Assembly: GCA_943359485.1 (NCBI GenBank)
Contig: CALRHR010000001.1
Coordinates: 51,141-115,140 of the forward strand
Direction of reading: 5' to 3'
Length of the DNA: 64,000 nucleotides
Source of the DNA: Candidatus Nomurabacteria bacterium
GTDB lineage: Bacteria; Patescibacteriota; Minisyncoccia; Phycocordibacterales; UBA9973
A model generated the notes under the pieces. That model was not told the origin of the DNA. It ran no database searches and worked only from the letters and a program-made list of their open reading frames with translations. The translations under genes were made by a program, and so were the position numbers. Below are positions 1 through 9,116 of the stretch, one piece after another (the first letter of the stretch is position 1; each line of letters begins with the position of its first letter).

Positions 1-1276
1 TATCAATAACAAAAGCACTGTGCACAAAGTCCCCGAGGGGAAATCTTACGGACCAGTAGAAGTGAGTTTGAGGAAAAGTAAACTTTTTGTAAACCTGTCG
101 AGTCAGATAAATGCTTGGTCAAGTCATGGAGATTCAGTAAAAAAAGCACCGACTGGTTTCAAAATTATTGCGACTTCTAAGGGTGGCAAAGTAATCGAAG
201 CGATGGAAAATACCAAAGAAAAACTTTACGCGGTGCAGTTCCATCCGGAAGTCGAGCAGACAGAAGATGAAAATATTATTTTAAATAATTTTGTAAAGAA
301 AATTTGCGCTTGTAAACAAGACTATTTTAAAAAAGATGCAATAAAAACCATTTGTAAAGAGATAGGCGAGAATACAAAAAATATTTTAGGTGATAAAGGC
401 GTAGCCATCATAGGAGTTTCCGGTGGAGTGGATTCTACGACACTTGCGGCGATACTGACGCCAGTACTAGGTAAACAATTGAAGGCATTCTTGGTAGACA
501 CTGGTGGAATGCGGAAGGGTGAAATAGAAAAAGTTAAAAGTATTGCAAAGAAAGCAAAAATAAATCTGGAAGTGATAAGTAAATACAAAAACAAATTTAT
601 CGAAAATGTGGGAAAAAGCATAAATGCGGAAGAAAAAAGAAAAAATTTTCGTGAGGTTTATGGGGAAGTTTTTAAAGAAGTGGCAAAATTTTACGGAGCG
701 ACGCACATGATCCAAGGCACTCTTGCCACTGATTTGATAGAGTCAGGATCTACGGGAAAATCTGCATTGATCAAAACTCATCACAATGTGGATTTGAAAT
801 TGGGACTCAAAGAAATAATGCCGTTCGCTGACTTTTTTAAATTTGAAGTGCGTGATATAGCGCGGTCATTTGGTTTAGGAGAATTAGTTTCAGGGCGTCA
901 GCCATTTCCTGGACCAGGATTGTATTTACGGGTAGTGGGGGTACCGGTAACCACAGAATTACTGGAGATTGTGCGTGAAGCCGATGACGAAGTAAGAAAA
1001 ATTTTAGAAAAACATAATTTATATAATAAAATTTCACAAACGATAGTAGCTCTTCTCGGCACGAAGACTGTTGGTGTTAAAGGCGACGGGCGAGTTTACG
1101 GATATTCTTTGGTGGTTCGCACAGTAGAGACGGCAGATTTTATGACAGTTAAAGGTTTTTATTTGCCACCTATTGTCTGCGAGGAAATCACCAATACTTT
1201 AGTCAAACATCCAAAAATTGTCCGTGTTCTTTACGACTGGACGACCAAACCCCCAGCCACGACAGAATTTGAATAA
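1..1276 (+). CDS. guaA: GMP synthase (glutamine-hydrolysing), 5'-truncated by window edge
   Basis: The frame is open from base 2, so the start lies off-window. The end of the GATase domain (YAVQFHPE) is followed by the ATP-PPase P-loop SGGVDSTT and a conserved C-terminal domain ending TTEFE. Confidence 0.9.
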   Translation, partial: INNKSTVHKVPEGKSYGPVEVSLRKSKLFVNLSSQINAWSSHGDSVKKAPTGFKIIATSKGGKVIEAMENTKEKLYAVQFHPEVEQTEDENIILNNFVKKICACKQDYFKKDAIKTICKEIGENTKNILGDKGVAIIGVSGGVDSTTLAAILTPVLGKQLKAFLVDTGGMRKGEIEKVKSIAKKAKINLEVISKYKNKFIENVGKSINAEEKRKNFREVYGEVFKEVAKFYGATHMIQGTLATDLIESGSTGKSALIKTHHNVDLKLGLKEIMPFADFFKFEVRDIARSFGLGELVSGRQPFPGPGLYLRVVGVPVTTELLEIVREADDEVRKILEKHNLYNKISQTIVALLGTKTVGVKGDGRVYGYSLVVRTVETADFMTVKGFYLPPIVCEEITNTLVKHPKIVRVLYDWTTKPPATTEFE

Positions 1277-1322
1277 GGTGGTATAATACATTTATGATTA
1301 AGAATATTATTTTATAAATTTT

Positions 1323-2018
1323 ATGGAGAAAAAATCTTTTCAAGAAAATCCTGACAATCACTTTGACACTGAAATGCGTTTGAGGGCATTAGAGGGTGCT
1401 GAAGCAAGCCATAGTGCAAAAATGGCTGATGAAGACCGTTTGGGCGTACCAAGCTACGATGAAAGTATGGTTTCAGATTGGATTAGAAACAGGATAGATA
1501 TACCAAAGGATATGATAGGGGGGAAAGGTGTATTTAAAGTTGAAACAAGTGCACAACCAGAAGGGGATTATGAAAGAGATTTAAAAATACTTCAAGCTCT
1601 TACAAAAGATCAGCTAGACAAACTTTTAGCCACAGTAGAAAATGAAAGCAAGAAAGACAAAGGGCTTTTTTCTAAAGGCGATTTACTAAATGGATATGCA
1701 ATTGATCCTGAAACCTTACAATCTTTACAAACTAGGGACCACCATGGGACGGCGAAAGATCTTGCGCTAAGCATATTGTATAGTATGGATGATGAAAAAA
1801 TTACTGAAAATACAGAAAATTATTTAATGAGAAGAATCATAGCGGGCATGGTTTTTTTTAAGGTGCCTGGTTTTAGAACTCCCATAATAAAATTTAACCC
1901 ATTCGTTTCAGTAAAAACAAACGATAAAGTACCTGAAGACAATGTTAAAAAAATTTCAAACCACCTAAAGCGAGAAAGAAAATTATTGCCCATTACTTCA
2001 GATTTTCAAGTACTTTAG
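1323..2018 (+). CDS. hypothetical protein
   Basis: A 231-aa ORF in an intergenic-free slot. I recognise no motif. Confidence 0.5.
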   Translation: MEKKSFQENPDNHFDTEMRLRALEGAEASHSAKMADEDRLGVPSYDESMVSDWIRNRIDIPKDMIGGKGVFKVETSAQPEGDYERDLKILQALTKDQLDKLLATVENESKKDKGLFSKGDLLNGYAIDPETLQSLQTRDHHGTAKDLALSILYSMDDEKITENTENYLMRRIIAGMVFFKVPGFRTPIIKFNPFVSVKTNDKVPEDNVKKISNHLKRERKLLPITSDFQVL

Positions 2019-2033
2019 GATGTTTTTCTTCCT

Positions 2034-2064
2034 ATCTCTAATTCGCGCGAATAGACGAATAGAT
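2034..2064. promoter_or_regulatory. putative ArsR operator, copy 1 (contains perfect palindrome ATTCGCGCGAAT)
   Basis: ATCTCTAATTCGCGCGAATAGACGAATAGAT lies upstream of the arsR-like gene. A near-identical copy sits at 2372-2402. Confidence 0.5.
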
Positions 2065-2105
2065 ATAGTGTGTTATGTTATATAAAGTTTTGGTATAATA
2101 AAAGA

Positions 2106-2372
2106 ATGAACGAGAAGGAACTCGAAAAAGTTTTAAAAGCGCTTGCTAATAAGCGCCGGGTTGCGATTTTAAAATTTCTCAAGCATACCAAGCAGGCATC
2201 GGTGGGGGAAATCGCAGACGCTATAAAATTGTCTTTCAAAGCAACATCAAAACATCTAATGATTCTTTCAAATACAGATATAGTTGAAAAAGAGCAGAGT
2301 AGTCTCACGATGCTTTATTTTGTACCCAAGACCAATCATCCAATAGTTTCTAAATTATTATCCATTATCTAA
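2106..2372 (+). CDS. ArsR/SmtB-family winged-helix transcriptional regulator
   Basis: LKALANKRRVAILKFL...ASVGEIADAIKLSFKATSKHLMIL is the typical ArsR HTH. TATAAT at 2094-2099 lies 6 nt before the ATG at 2106. Confidence 0.8.
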   Translation: MNEKELEKVLKALANKRRVAILKFLKHTKQASVGEIADAIKLSFKATSKHLMILSNTDIVEKEQSSLTMLYFVPKTNHPIVSKLLSII

Positions 2373-2402
2373 TCTCTAATTCGCACGAATAGGCGAATAG
2401 TT
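2372..2402. promoter_or_regulatory. putative ArsR operator, copy 2
   Basis: ATCTCTAATTCGCACGAATAGGCGAATAGTT is a direct repeat of 2034-2064. It lies immediately upstream of the ATG at 2408. Confidence 0.5.
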
Positions 2403-2407
2403 TAAAT

Positions 2408-3049
2408 ATGCAGGATTTTACTAAAAAAGAAAAAGCTTTATTAAAGAAATTGGATACTCCAGCGAAGGTGCAGGATTTTTTAAATGGAATTCCTTTTAAT
2501 TTTGAAAAAAGGGGAGAGACATTAAAATCCCCATTAATGGTTTTACGAACAAAAAGCGCGCATTGTTTCGAGGGGGCGCTTTTGGGCGCATATATTTTAT
2601 CTCTTCATGGTTTCACTCCATATGTTTTGCATTTAAAAAGTATCAAAGATGACTACGATCATATCATAACGCCATTTAAGATTGAGGGATTGTGGGGCGC
2701 GCTTTCTAAAACCAATCATGCGGTCTTGCGTTATCGCGAGCCAATCTATAAAAATATTCGTGAGCTCGCGATCTCGTATTTTCATGAATATTTTTTAAAT
2801 GATGGAAAGAAAACTTTGAGACAGTACTCCCAACCTTTAAATTTAAATACTTTAAATAAACCCACCCGACCGAACGGTCGTCCGGGCGGGAATTGGGTAA
2901 CTAGTGAAAAAGATTTGTGGTATATAGATAAAAAATTAGATAAAATAAAACACTATGACATCATACCTAAAGCGCACATAAAAAATCTGCGCAAAGCAGA
3001 CAAAATTGAAATCAAGGCAGGGAAGGTGGTAGAATACAAGAAGCCATAA
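2408..3049 (+). CDS. hypothetical protein (possible transglutaminase-like Cys-His-Asp fold)
   Basis: A 213-aa ORF. The segment SAHCFEGALLGAYIL...DYDHIITPF resembles a Cys/His/Asp catalytic arrangement, but the functional call is weak. Confidence 0.4.
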   Translation: MQDFTKKEKALLKKLDTPAKVQDFLNGIPFNFEKRGETLKSPLMVLRTKSAHCFEGALLGAYILSLHGFTPYVLHLKSIKDDYDHIITPFKIEGLWGALSKTNHAVLRYREPIYKNIRELAISYFHEYFLNDGKKTLRQYSQPLNLNTLNKPTRPNGRPGGNWVTSEKDLWYIDKKLDKIKHYDIIPKAHIKNLRKADKIEIKAGKVVEYKKP

Positions 3050-3081
3050 ATTCTTGAGGGCTACAAAAATGAGATGTAATC

Positions 3082-3113
3082 CTTACTTCACTAACGGCCG
3101 TCAGTGTGGTAAG
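3082..3113. promoter_or_regulatory. palindromic hairpin/operator overlapping the -10 of the PaaX-like gene
   Basis: CTTACTTCACTAACGGCCGTCAGTGTGGTAAG is centred on ACGGCCGT. It overlaps TAAGAT (3110-3115), which lies 6 nt before the ATG at 3122. Confidence 0.55.
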
Positions 3114-3121
3114 ATAATCAC

Positions 3122-3697
3122 ATGAGGGGACAAATACTTTTAAAGGCTCTGGAAGTGCTCACAGATTGCGCATTGACTCAAGTTGATTTTATTGAGGCAG
3201 TGCTTGCGAGTGGTTACGGGGCGGGTTTAGGGAAACTTGATTATGAATTTAGAAAAAGGCGAAGTGTAAGAGAGCGGGCAAATCTCAGAGAAGAGTATAA
3301 AACAGAACGCCGAAGGAGATTACAAAATTTTTTATACCAGATGAAACATGACGGATTGCTGGATGCTACTAAAGATAATAAATTGACCGTTTCTATAAAA
3401 GGAAAACAAAAAATAAAGGAACTAAAAAATAAATTACCTGGGCGTTACTACCTTAAAACAAAGACAACACAGATCACCATCATTAGTTTTGATATACCAG
3501 AGAAATTAAGGAGAAAGCGAAACTGGTTACGGGAAGTGATTAGGAATCTTGGGTTTAAAATGATACATCAGAGTGTTTGGATGGGGAAAAACAAAATCCC
3601 TGCAGAATTCATAGAGGATCTTGAGAACTTAAGAATTTTGGAATATGTTGAGATTCTGGAAGCTACTAAGAGCGGAAGTTTGAAGAAATTGGTATAA
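3122..3697 (+). CDS. PaaX-like regulator with Cas2-fold C-terminal domain (paralogue 1)
   Basis: ITIISFDIPEKLRRKRNWLREVIRNLGFKMIHQSVWMG matches the PaaX_C/Cas2-like beta-alpha motif. A paralogue lies at 32676-33221. Confidence 0.6.
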   Translation: MRGQILLKALEVLTDCALTQVDFIEAVLASGYGAGLGKLDYEFRKRRSVRERANLREEYKTERRRRLQNFLYQMKHDGLLDATKDNKLTVSIKGKQKIKELKNKLPGRYYLKTKTTQITIISFDIPEKLRRKRNWLREVIRNLGFKMIHQSVWMGKNKIPAEFIEDLENLRILEYVEILEATKSGSLKKLV

Positions 3698-3698
3698 T

Positions 3699-3730
3699 CT
3701 TACTCTACTAACGGCCGTCAGTTGGGTAAG
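3699..3730. repeat. second copy of the 3082-3113 palindrome, downstream of the gene
   Basis: CTTACTCTACTAACGGCCGTCAGTTGGGTAAG is again followed by TAAGAT. Confidence 0.6.
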
Positions 3731-3966
3731 ATTTGGATAATTGCTAGATTGCTAGATTGCTAGGAGTCTTCTTTTCTTCTTTTTCATGGCAGTATTCTTT
3801 TTGGGTTTTCTGTATTGTTCGTTTTTTTTATTTTCAGTATTTTTAATTATTACGACATTTAAAATGCATCAATATTAGACGATACAGGATGGGGCGGCGA
3901 GAATTGGGGAGATGGTTAATTTTCACAAAAATCTTGCTCTTCTCGGAGCCTTGCTGATGCTTTTGT

Positions 3967-4413
3967 CTATTCCTTTGCCTTGGGTGGTCTCTCTAGCTCT
4001 GCAATAGCTTGATCTAAAAAATCATTTGCTTTTTTTATCTCTTCTGCCGTAATTCTATTTTCCCCTGTCTTTCTATCTTCTCCTGTACGTAATCCTTCTT
4101 CAAATACTTTAAAATTTTCAAAATCAACTAGCAAACTTGCACTTAAATCTATCCTTGATTCTATCGCATGTAAAAAATATCTAACTATCTTCAGAAAAAA
4201 ACTTTTTCTGCATTTATATATAGCAAATTCTGGATTTGTTTTTGGAGTTAATAAGTATTCTGGTATTTCATCAATAAAATCATTACGAAAAATACGAAAT
4301 ATTTCTAAATATCGTTCTTTTGGACTTTCTATATTTTTTGTAGCAAGAAATTTTTGATTTAGCGCTCGTGTTTTAGACGTACCCTCATATGCAGTTGTTT
4401 GTCGAGCTTCCAT
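3967..4413 (-). CDS. hypothetical protein
   Basis: A 148-aa ORF downstream of nrdB. No motif recognised. Confidence 0.45.
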   Translation of the reverse strand: MEARQTTAYEGTSKTRALNQKFLATKNIESPKERYLEIFRIFRNDFIDEIPEYLLTPKTNPEFAIYKCRKSFFLKIVRYFLHAIESRIDLSASLLVDFENFKVFEEGLRTGEDRKTGENRITAEEIKKANDFLDQAIAELERPPKAKE

Positions 4414-4471
4414 TTTTTTATTTTAATACATCCTTAAATGAATATTTTTATAGGAATTTAATTTACTTCTA

Positions 4472-5491
4472 TTATTTTTCTTCTCTTTTTTCTTCCTTTT
4501 TCTTTTCTTCCTTTTTGTGTCCGTGAGCGTCGACTTCGTAAGAAGTGTTTTGTTGTTCGAAAAAGTTTACCAGTTCAAATACATCGGTCGCTGTAGACAT
4601 CCATTTTGCAGGATTAGTAACACCGAAATGTGGTTCAAGTCCTAGTTCTTCCAGCCGGCGGTCGGCCACATACTGTACATATTGGTTCACATAGTCGGCA
4701 TTGAGTCCTAGAATCCCTTTAGGGAACATATCTTTGTTGTAATTATTTTCAAGACTTACTCCTTCAATAATAATATCTCTTATTTCCTTCGCAAATTCTT
4801 CAGTTAGGAGTTCTGGATTTTCTTCAAGAATTGTATGGATGAGCTGAATGCCAAATTTTAAGTGTAGAGATTCATCACGCAAGACCCAATTAATCATTGA
4901 ACCTAGATTGCGAAGCTGATTTCTCTGGCGGAAAGAAAGAGCTACCATAAAACCAGAATAAAACCAGGTGCCTTCCATTACTATGTTAGTGGCGACTAAG
5001 TTCCGCAAGAAATCTTTTTTGCCTTCAGTGGTTTCAATGTTGAGCGTGTCTTCTGTCATTCGGATAAGATATTTATTTACAAAATTTTCTTTTTTTACGA
5101 TCGAATCAATCTCTAAATGCACACCATAGACTCGGTCGCGGTCAAGCGGGAATGTTTCGAGCACATATTCAAAGGCGACACAGTGGTTCGCTTCTTCAAA
5201 CATTTGCTTGGCAATGTAGAGGTGGCATTCAGGAGATTTTAGATAGGGATAAATTCCAAGTGCCAGCGATCTGTTGACGATAAGTTCTGTAGGATTAAAA
5301 AATGCCATCAAAAATTCTACAGTATGTCTTTCATCCTCAGTCATATTTTTCCAGTCGGACAAATCTTCACCTAGTGGGATTTCGTGCGGGAACCAGCTGT
5401 TTCTAACTGCCTGATTGTAAAGGTCGTAAGCCCATTTATAATTCATGGGGTGTAGATTCATGTCTGTTGGGGATGCTTTTCCTAATATCAT
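4472..5491 (-). CDS. nrdB: ribonucleotide reductase class Ia beta subunit (R2)
   Basis: Di-iron ligand motifs are present (EEANHCVAFEYV, RDESLHLKFG). It lies downstream of nrdA. Confidence 0.9.
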   Translation of the reverse strand: MILGKASPTDMNLHPMNYKWAYDLYNQAVRNSWFPHEIPLGEDLSDWKNMTEDERHTVEFLMAFFNPTELIVNRSLALGIYPYLKSPECHLYIAKQMFEEANHCVAFEYVLETFPLDRDRVYGVHLEIDSIVKKENFVNKYLIRMTEDTLNIETTEGKKDFLRNLVATNIVMEGTWFYSGFMVALSFRQRNQLRNLGSMINWVLRDESLHLKFGIQLIHTILEENPELLTEEFAKEIRDIIIEGVSLENNYNKDMFPKGILGLNADYVNQYVQYVADRRLEELGLEPHFGVTNPAKWMSTATDVFELVNFFEQQNTSYEVDAHGHKKEEKKKEEKREEK

Positions 5492-5497
5492 AAAAAT

Positions 5498-5582
5498 TAG
5501 TTTCTAGTTGCTAGGTTCTAGGTTCTAGCAGTTTATTTATTAATCTTTTCTAGTCCCTAGAAGCTAGTCCCTAACACCTAAC
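5498..5582. repeat. TAGG-heptad palindromic element (nrdA-nrdB spacer)
   Basis: The left arm is TTAGTTTCTAGTTGCTAGGTTCTAGGTTCTAGCA and the right arm is TCTAGTCCCTAGAAGCTAGTCCCTAACACCTAA. Together they form an imperfect inverted repeat. Confidence 0.55.
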
Positions 5583-8141
5583 TCATTGGCAACTCTCGCA
5601 CAATAACGCATCCTGCGGGTCTTCAGGCAAGTGTATACGCATTGGTTCTGTGTTTTCTTTTTTGATGTTCTCTGATGCTTCAGGGAGAGATGTTGGTGTT
5701 TCTATATTTTCAATTATTGGGGTTGCTTGTATTGTTTTATCGCGTAATACTGAGAAGCCTTTTTTACCCAAAGCAGTCCCTTTGTTGACTGTCGTTGTGG
5801 ATTGCTCGGCGCTGTGGCGTGGTTTCATGTGGAGATAGTAAGTGGTCTTTAGTCCTTTATCCCACGCGCTCGTATAAACATTCATGATTTCATCGATGTC
5901 GCGAATTTCTAGATACATGTTGCGAGAAATTCCCATATCTACCCATTTTTGTGCACGCGCGGCGACTTCAATGTAGGCATAAGGGGAAACAGAAAAAGAA
6001 GTTTTGTAGATTCTTTTAATATGATCTGGAATTTTCTCAATACTCTCGATGTCTCCGTGATTCTCGAGTATTTGTTCGCGTGTATTTTCCCACAAGTTTT
6101 CTTTTTGCAGAGCTTCCATCATATTTGGATTTACCTCAAGATACTTGCCGGAAATTTTATTTCGGGAAAACATCTGGGTGAACCTCGGGTCGATTCCCGG
6201 AGAAGTCCCTGCCACTAGTCCAATGTTGGCATTCGGCGCGATGGCTAGGAGTGTGGCGTTCCGCATACCTCTTTTTACTTTGGCACGCAGAGTATCCCAG
6301 TCTAAAAGCGGAAGCAATTTTGCTGATTCTTTTTTCACAGTTAATTCGCGTTCGCGATCCACTTCGAGTACTGCTAGAGTGTCTATCGGTACTTGTCCTT
6401 TTGACCAGCCCGAACCCTTAAAATTTTTATAACTTCCTCGTTCTTCTGCTAAATTTGCGGATTCATCTATGGACATGTAAGAGATAAATTCAAAAACTTG
6501 GTCCGCAAAATCTGCAGCCCCTGTGTCTTCATAAGAATAGCCAAGTTGTTCGATCGAATCAGCGAAGCCCATTAGTCCCAAGCCGACGGCGCGGTTTTCG
6601 GAATCTGCGCGAATTGCTTCCGGAATTGGAAGTTTATTAATGTCTACTAAGTTATCAAGCTGGCGAGTGGCTAGACGCACGGATTCTTCTAACCGGTGCC
6701 AGTCAATCTGTCCGTTTACAATATGCCGTGGAAGATTTATTGAAATTAAATTACAAACAGCAATGTTGTCTCCATCTGTCGGTAAAGTAACTTCGGTGCA
6801 AAGGTTGGAACAATGAATAGTGCCAGTGTTGTTATTGAGCGCGCGCATATTTATAGTATCTTTCCAAGTAAGCCACGGATGGGAAGTCGTTTCAAGCGAA
6901 ATTAGGATATTCTTGTATTGCTGGCGAGCTGGCATTACACTGAACATCTTCATTTTTCCCTGTTTTGCCAAAGCTACATATTCATTATATCTCTTAGAAA
7001 ATTCTTTACCCACAAGCTCGTTTAAGTCTTTAACTTCATTGGGGTCGAACAGATACCATTCGTCACTGTTTAAAACACGCTTCATAAACTCATCCGAAAT
7101 AAATACTGCAGTGTTGGCAGTACGAGTTCTCCTGTAGTCGTCTCCGTTGTTTTGTTTTAAATCTAAAAAATCTTGAAAATTTAAATGCCAATTTTCCATA
7201 TAAAAACACAACGCGCCCTTTTTTTTGCCACCTCGTTGGACTGCGCGCACAGCGGAATCAATGATGTGCATGAAAGGAACCGGTCCAGAAGAAATGGTAT
7301 TGTTGGATTTTAGAACTGATCCCTCGGCGCGGAGTTTGGTTACCGCAAGTCCGATACCACCGGTCGCTTTAGATAAAAGCAAAACATCTGAAACAGTTTT
7401 TCCGATATGTTCCATGTTGTCGTGAATTTCCATTAGGAAACAATTGGAAAGTTTTGGATTCGGAGTGCCGGCACCGATGTTGGAACTTCCAGCCGAGAGG
7501 TACTCCAGTTTAGACATCTTGTCGTAAAATTTCTTAGCCCACCCTGTAGCGTCTTTTTCATTCAGCGACATTCCCATAGCGACGCGCATCCAGAAATATT
7601 GTGGCGTTTCGAGTGGAGATTGTTTTTCATTCTTCATCAAGTAGCGATTCTGCATTGTGGAGAGTCCAGAATATTTATACAGTTCATCGTTTTCTATTTT
7701 CAAGTGCGAAGCGAGCACTTCTAGATCAAAAATTGTTACCATTCTTTTATCCAAAAGTCCTTTTTCAACTGCATTTAAGATGTAATTTTTAAAATGAGCA
7801 CTGTGAAGTTTGGCAAATTCTTCTTTTGATATGTTTTTTGACTCGTCGTGATCGTAATCCCCAATGACTTTCTTGTAAATGTCCTTCAAAAGTAGGCGAG
7901 TAGCTATTTTGTCGAAATCTCCGCTGTATTGAGTGTTCTGTAGGGCGGCGTTTATGGTCGCCGCGTCCATTTCTTCGGTAGTAATGCCGTCATATAAGGT
8001 GAGTTGTGTTTCTGATGCTATTTGGATAACTTTACTGATTGGGTCACTCAATCCATAACACGTCCTTTCGATTGATTTGTTGATTCGGTCGGCATTGAAG
8101 GGAACTTTTGTGCCGTCTCTTTTAGTAATTGTGAGTGTCAT
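5583..8141 (-). CDS. nrdA: ribonucleotide reductase class Ia alpha subunit with N-terminal ATP-cone
   Basis: An 852-aa ORF with an ATP-cone (KRDGTKVPFNADRINKSIE), active-site NLCTE and a C-terminal CESCQ tail. TATAAT lies 8 nt upstream of the ATG. Confidence 0.92.
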   Translation of the reverse strand: MTLTITKRDGTKVPFNADRINKSIERTCYGLSDPISKVIQIASETQLTLYDGITTEEMDAATINAALQNTQYSGDFDKIATRLLLKDIYKKVIGDYDHDESKNISKEEFAKLHSAHFKNYILNAVEKGLLDKRMVTIFDLEVLASHLKIENDELYKYSGLSTMQNRYLMKNEKQSPLETPQYFWMRVAMGMSLNEKDATGWAKKFYDKMSKLEYLSAGSSNIGAGTPNPKLSNCFLMEIHDNMEHIGKTVSDVLLLSKATGGIGLAVTKLRAEGSVLKSNNTISSGPVPFMHIIDSAVRAVQRGGKKKGALCFYMENWHLNFQDFLDLKQNNGDDYRRTRTANTAVFISDEFMKRVLNSDEWYLFDPNEVKDLNELVGKEFSKRYNEYVALAKQGKMKMFSVMPARQQYKNILISLETTSHPWLTWKDTINMRALNNNTGTIHCSNLCTEVTLPTDGDNIAVCNLISINLPRHIVNGQIDWHRLEESVRLATRQLDNLVDINKLPIPEAIRADSENRAVGLGLMGFADSIEQLGYSYEDTGAADFADQVFEFISYMSIDESANLAEERGSYKNFKGSGWSKGQVPIDTLAVLEVDRERELTVKKESAKLLPLLDWDTLRAKVKRGMRNATLLAIAPNANIGLVAGTSPGIDPRFTQMFSRNKISGKYLEVNPNMMEALQKENLWENTREQILENHGDIESIEKIPDHIKRIYKTSFSVSPYAYIEVAARAQKWVDMGISRNMYLEIRDIDEIMNVYTSAWDKGLKTTYYLHMKPRHSAEQSTTTVNKGTALGKKGFSVLRDKTIQATPIIENIETPTSLPEASENIKKENTEPMRIHLPEDPQDALLCESCQ

Positions 8142-8273
8142 AGGATAGTATTATAATCTTTCCGCAAGATACAAAGCAAGTTGATATCTTTAAAATTATC
8201 ACAACAAAAAATAATCGTCACCTCGTCAATACGAGGGCTAGAAAATCCTTTAAAATTTTGGTAAAATGACCTT

Positions 8274-8741
8274 ATGTTTAGAAAAAACAAACAAGAGAGG
8301 ATTATGGTCTTTGGAACTTTCGATGGATTACACCCAGGACACCTTAATTTTTTCAAACAAGCGAGAAAATTATCCAAAACTCCCTTTTTGATCGTTTCGG
8401 TGGCGCGTGACCGCAATGTTTTTCGGATAAAAAAACAATTTCCAATTCTTCCCGAGAAGAACAGAGTAATTTTAGTTGAAAAATTAATTAAAAAAAATTT
8501 AGTAAACAAAGTTATACTCTCCGGAATAAAAAACCATATTCCGCATATTATAAAAGAGCGCCCTGATATAATTGCGCTTGGTTATGACCAAAAAGCTTAT
8601 ACTAAAAATCTTCAAAAAGATTTGAAAAATAAAGGCATCTTGATAAAAATAGTTCGTTTGAAGTCCTACAAAGAAAAAATCTACAAAAATAGTTTGCTCC
8701 GACCACTTCGCCCGAAAATAATCACCACCCCCTTCGCCTGA
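8274..8741 (+). CDS. cytidylyltransferase-like nucleotidyltransferase (FAD synthetase / FMN adenylyltransferase-like)
   Basis: FGTFDGLHPGHLNFF is the (H/T)xGH nucleotidyltransferase motif. TGgTAAAAT (8262-8267) lies 6 nt before the ATG. Confidence 0.6.
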   Translation: MFRKNKQERIMVFGTFDGLHPGHLNFFKQARKLSKTPFLIVSVARDRNVFRIKKQFPILPEKNRVILVEKLIKKNLVNKVILSGIKNHIPHIIKERPDIIALGYDQKAYTKNLQKDLKNKGILIKIVRLKSYKEKIYKNSLLRPLRPKIITTPFA

Positions 8742-8775
8742 AGCGAAGCGCCCCTCCTTTAAAAGGAGGGGAGGG
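8720..8775. repeat. GC-rich CCCCTCC/GGAGGGG hairpin element
   Basis: AATCACCACCCC...GCCCCTCCTTTAAAAGGAGGGGAGGG overlaps the 3' end of the 8274-8741 ORF. It is homologous to 56305-56344 inside the island leader. Confidence 0.6.
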
Positions 8776-8843
8776 TTACCACCTTGCTTGAGTTTTCCAC
8801 ATTTGTACTTGTGCAGAAGGTTATCTTAAGGTAAACTTCAGGT

Positions 8844-9116
8844 ATGTCTATAAAAACAAACAATATGTCAAGCATTATTGGATTAAAAGATTTGCGTCTC
8901 AACACCGGTAAATATGTTTCTGCTATCGAAAAGGGCAGGTCTTTTACCGTTGTTCGTCGTTCTAGGCCCATATTTAAAATGATGCCAGTGGATGAATGGG
9001 GGGATGAGGGTGTCTGGAAAACCTTAGTAGACTTTAGGGATAAAAATGGTAATGGTATCAACGCAAGGGATTTGCTTAAAATGTTAAACAAAATAGATAA
9101 GAATGAAAAAGCATGA
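8844..9116 (+). CDS. Phd/YefM-type antitoxin
   Basis: A 90-aa ORF. IGLKDLRLNTGKYVSAIEKGRSFTVVRRSRP is typical of the family. It overlaps the downstream toxin gene by 14 nt. Confidence 0.65.
   Translation: MSIKTNNMSSIIGLKDLRLNTGKYVSAIEKGRSFTVVRRSRPIFKMMPVDEWGDEGVWKTLVDFRDKNGNGINARDLLKMLNKIDKNEKA

Noticed and set aside
3916-4005. Short plus-strand frame ending ...HKNLALLGALLMLLSIPLPWVVSLALQ, reminiscent of a DoxX-type membrane-protein C-terminus (a gene remnant).
   Set aside because: It is about 30 codons with no start, it overlaps the 3' end of the minus-strand ORF 3967-4413, and the similarity is impressionistic.
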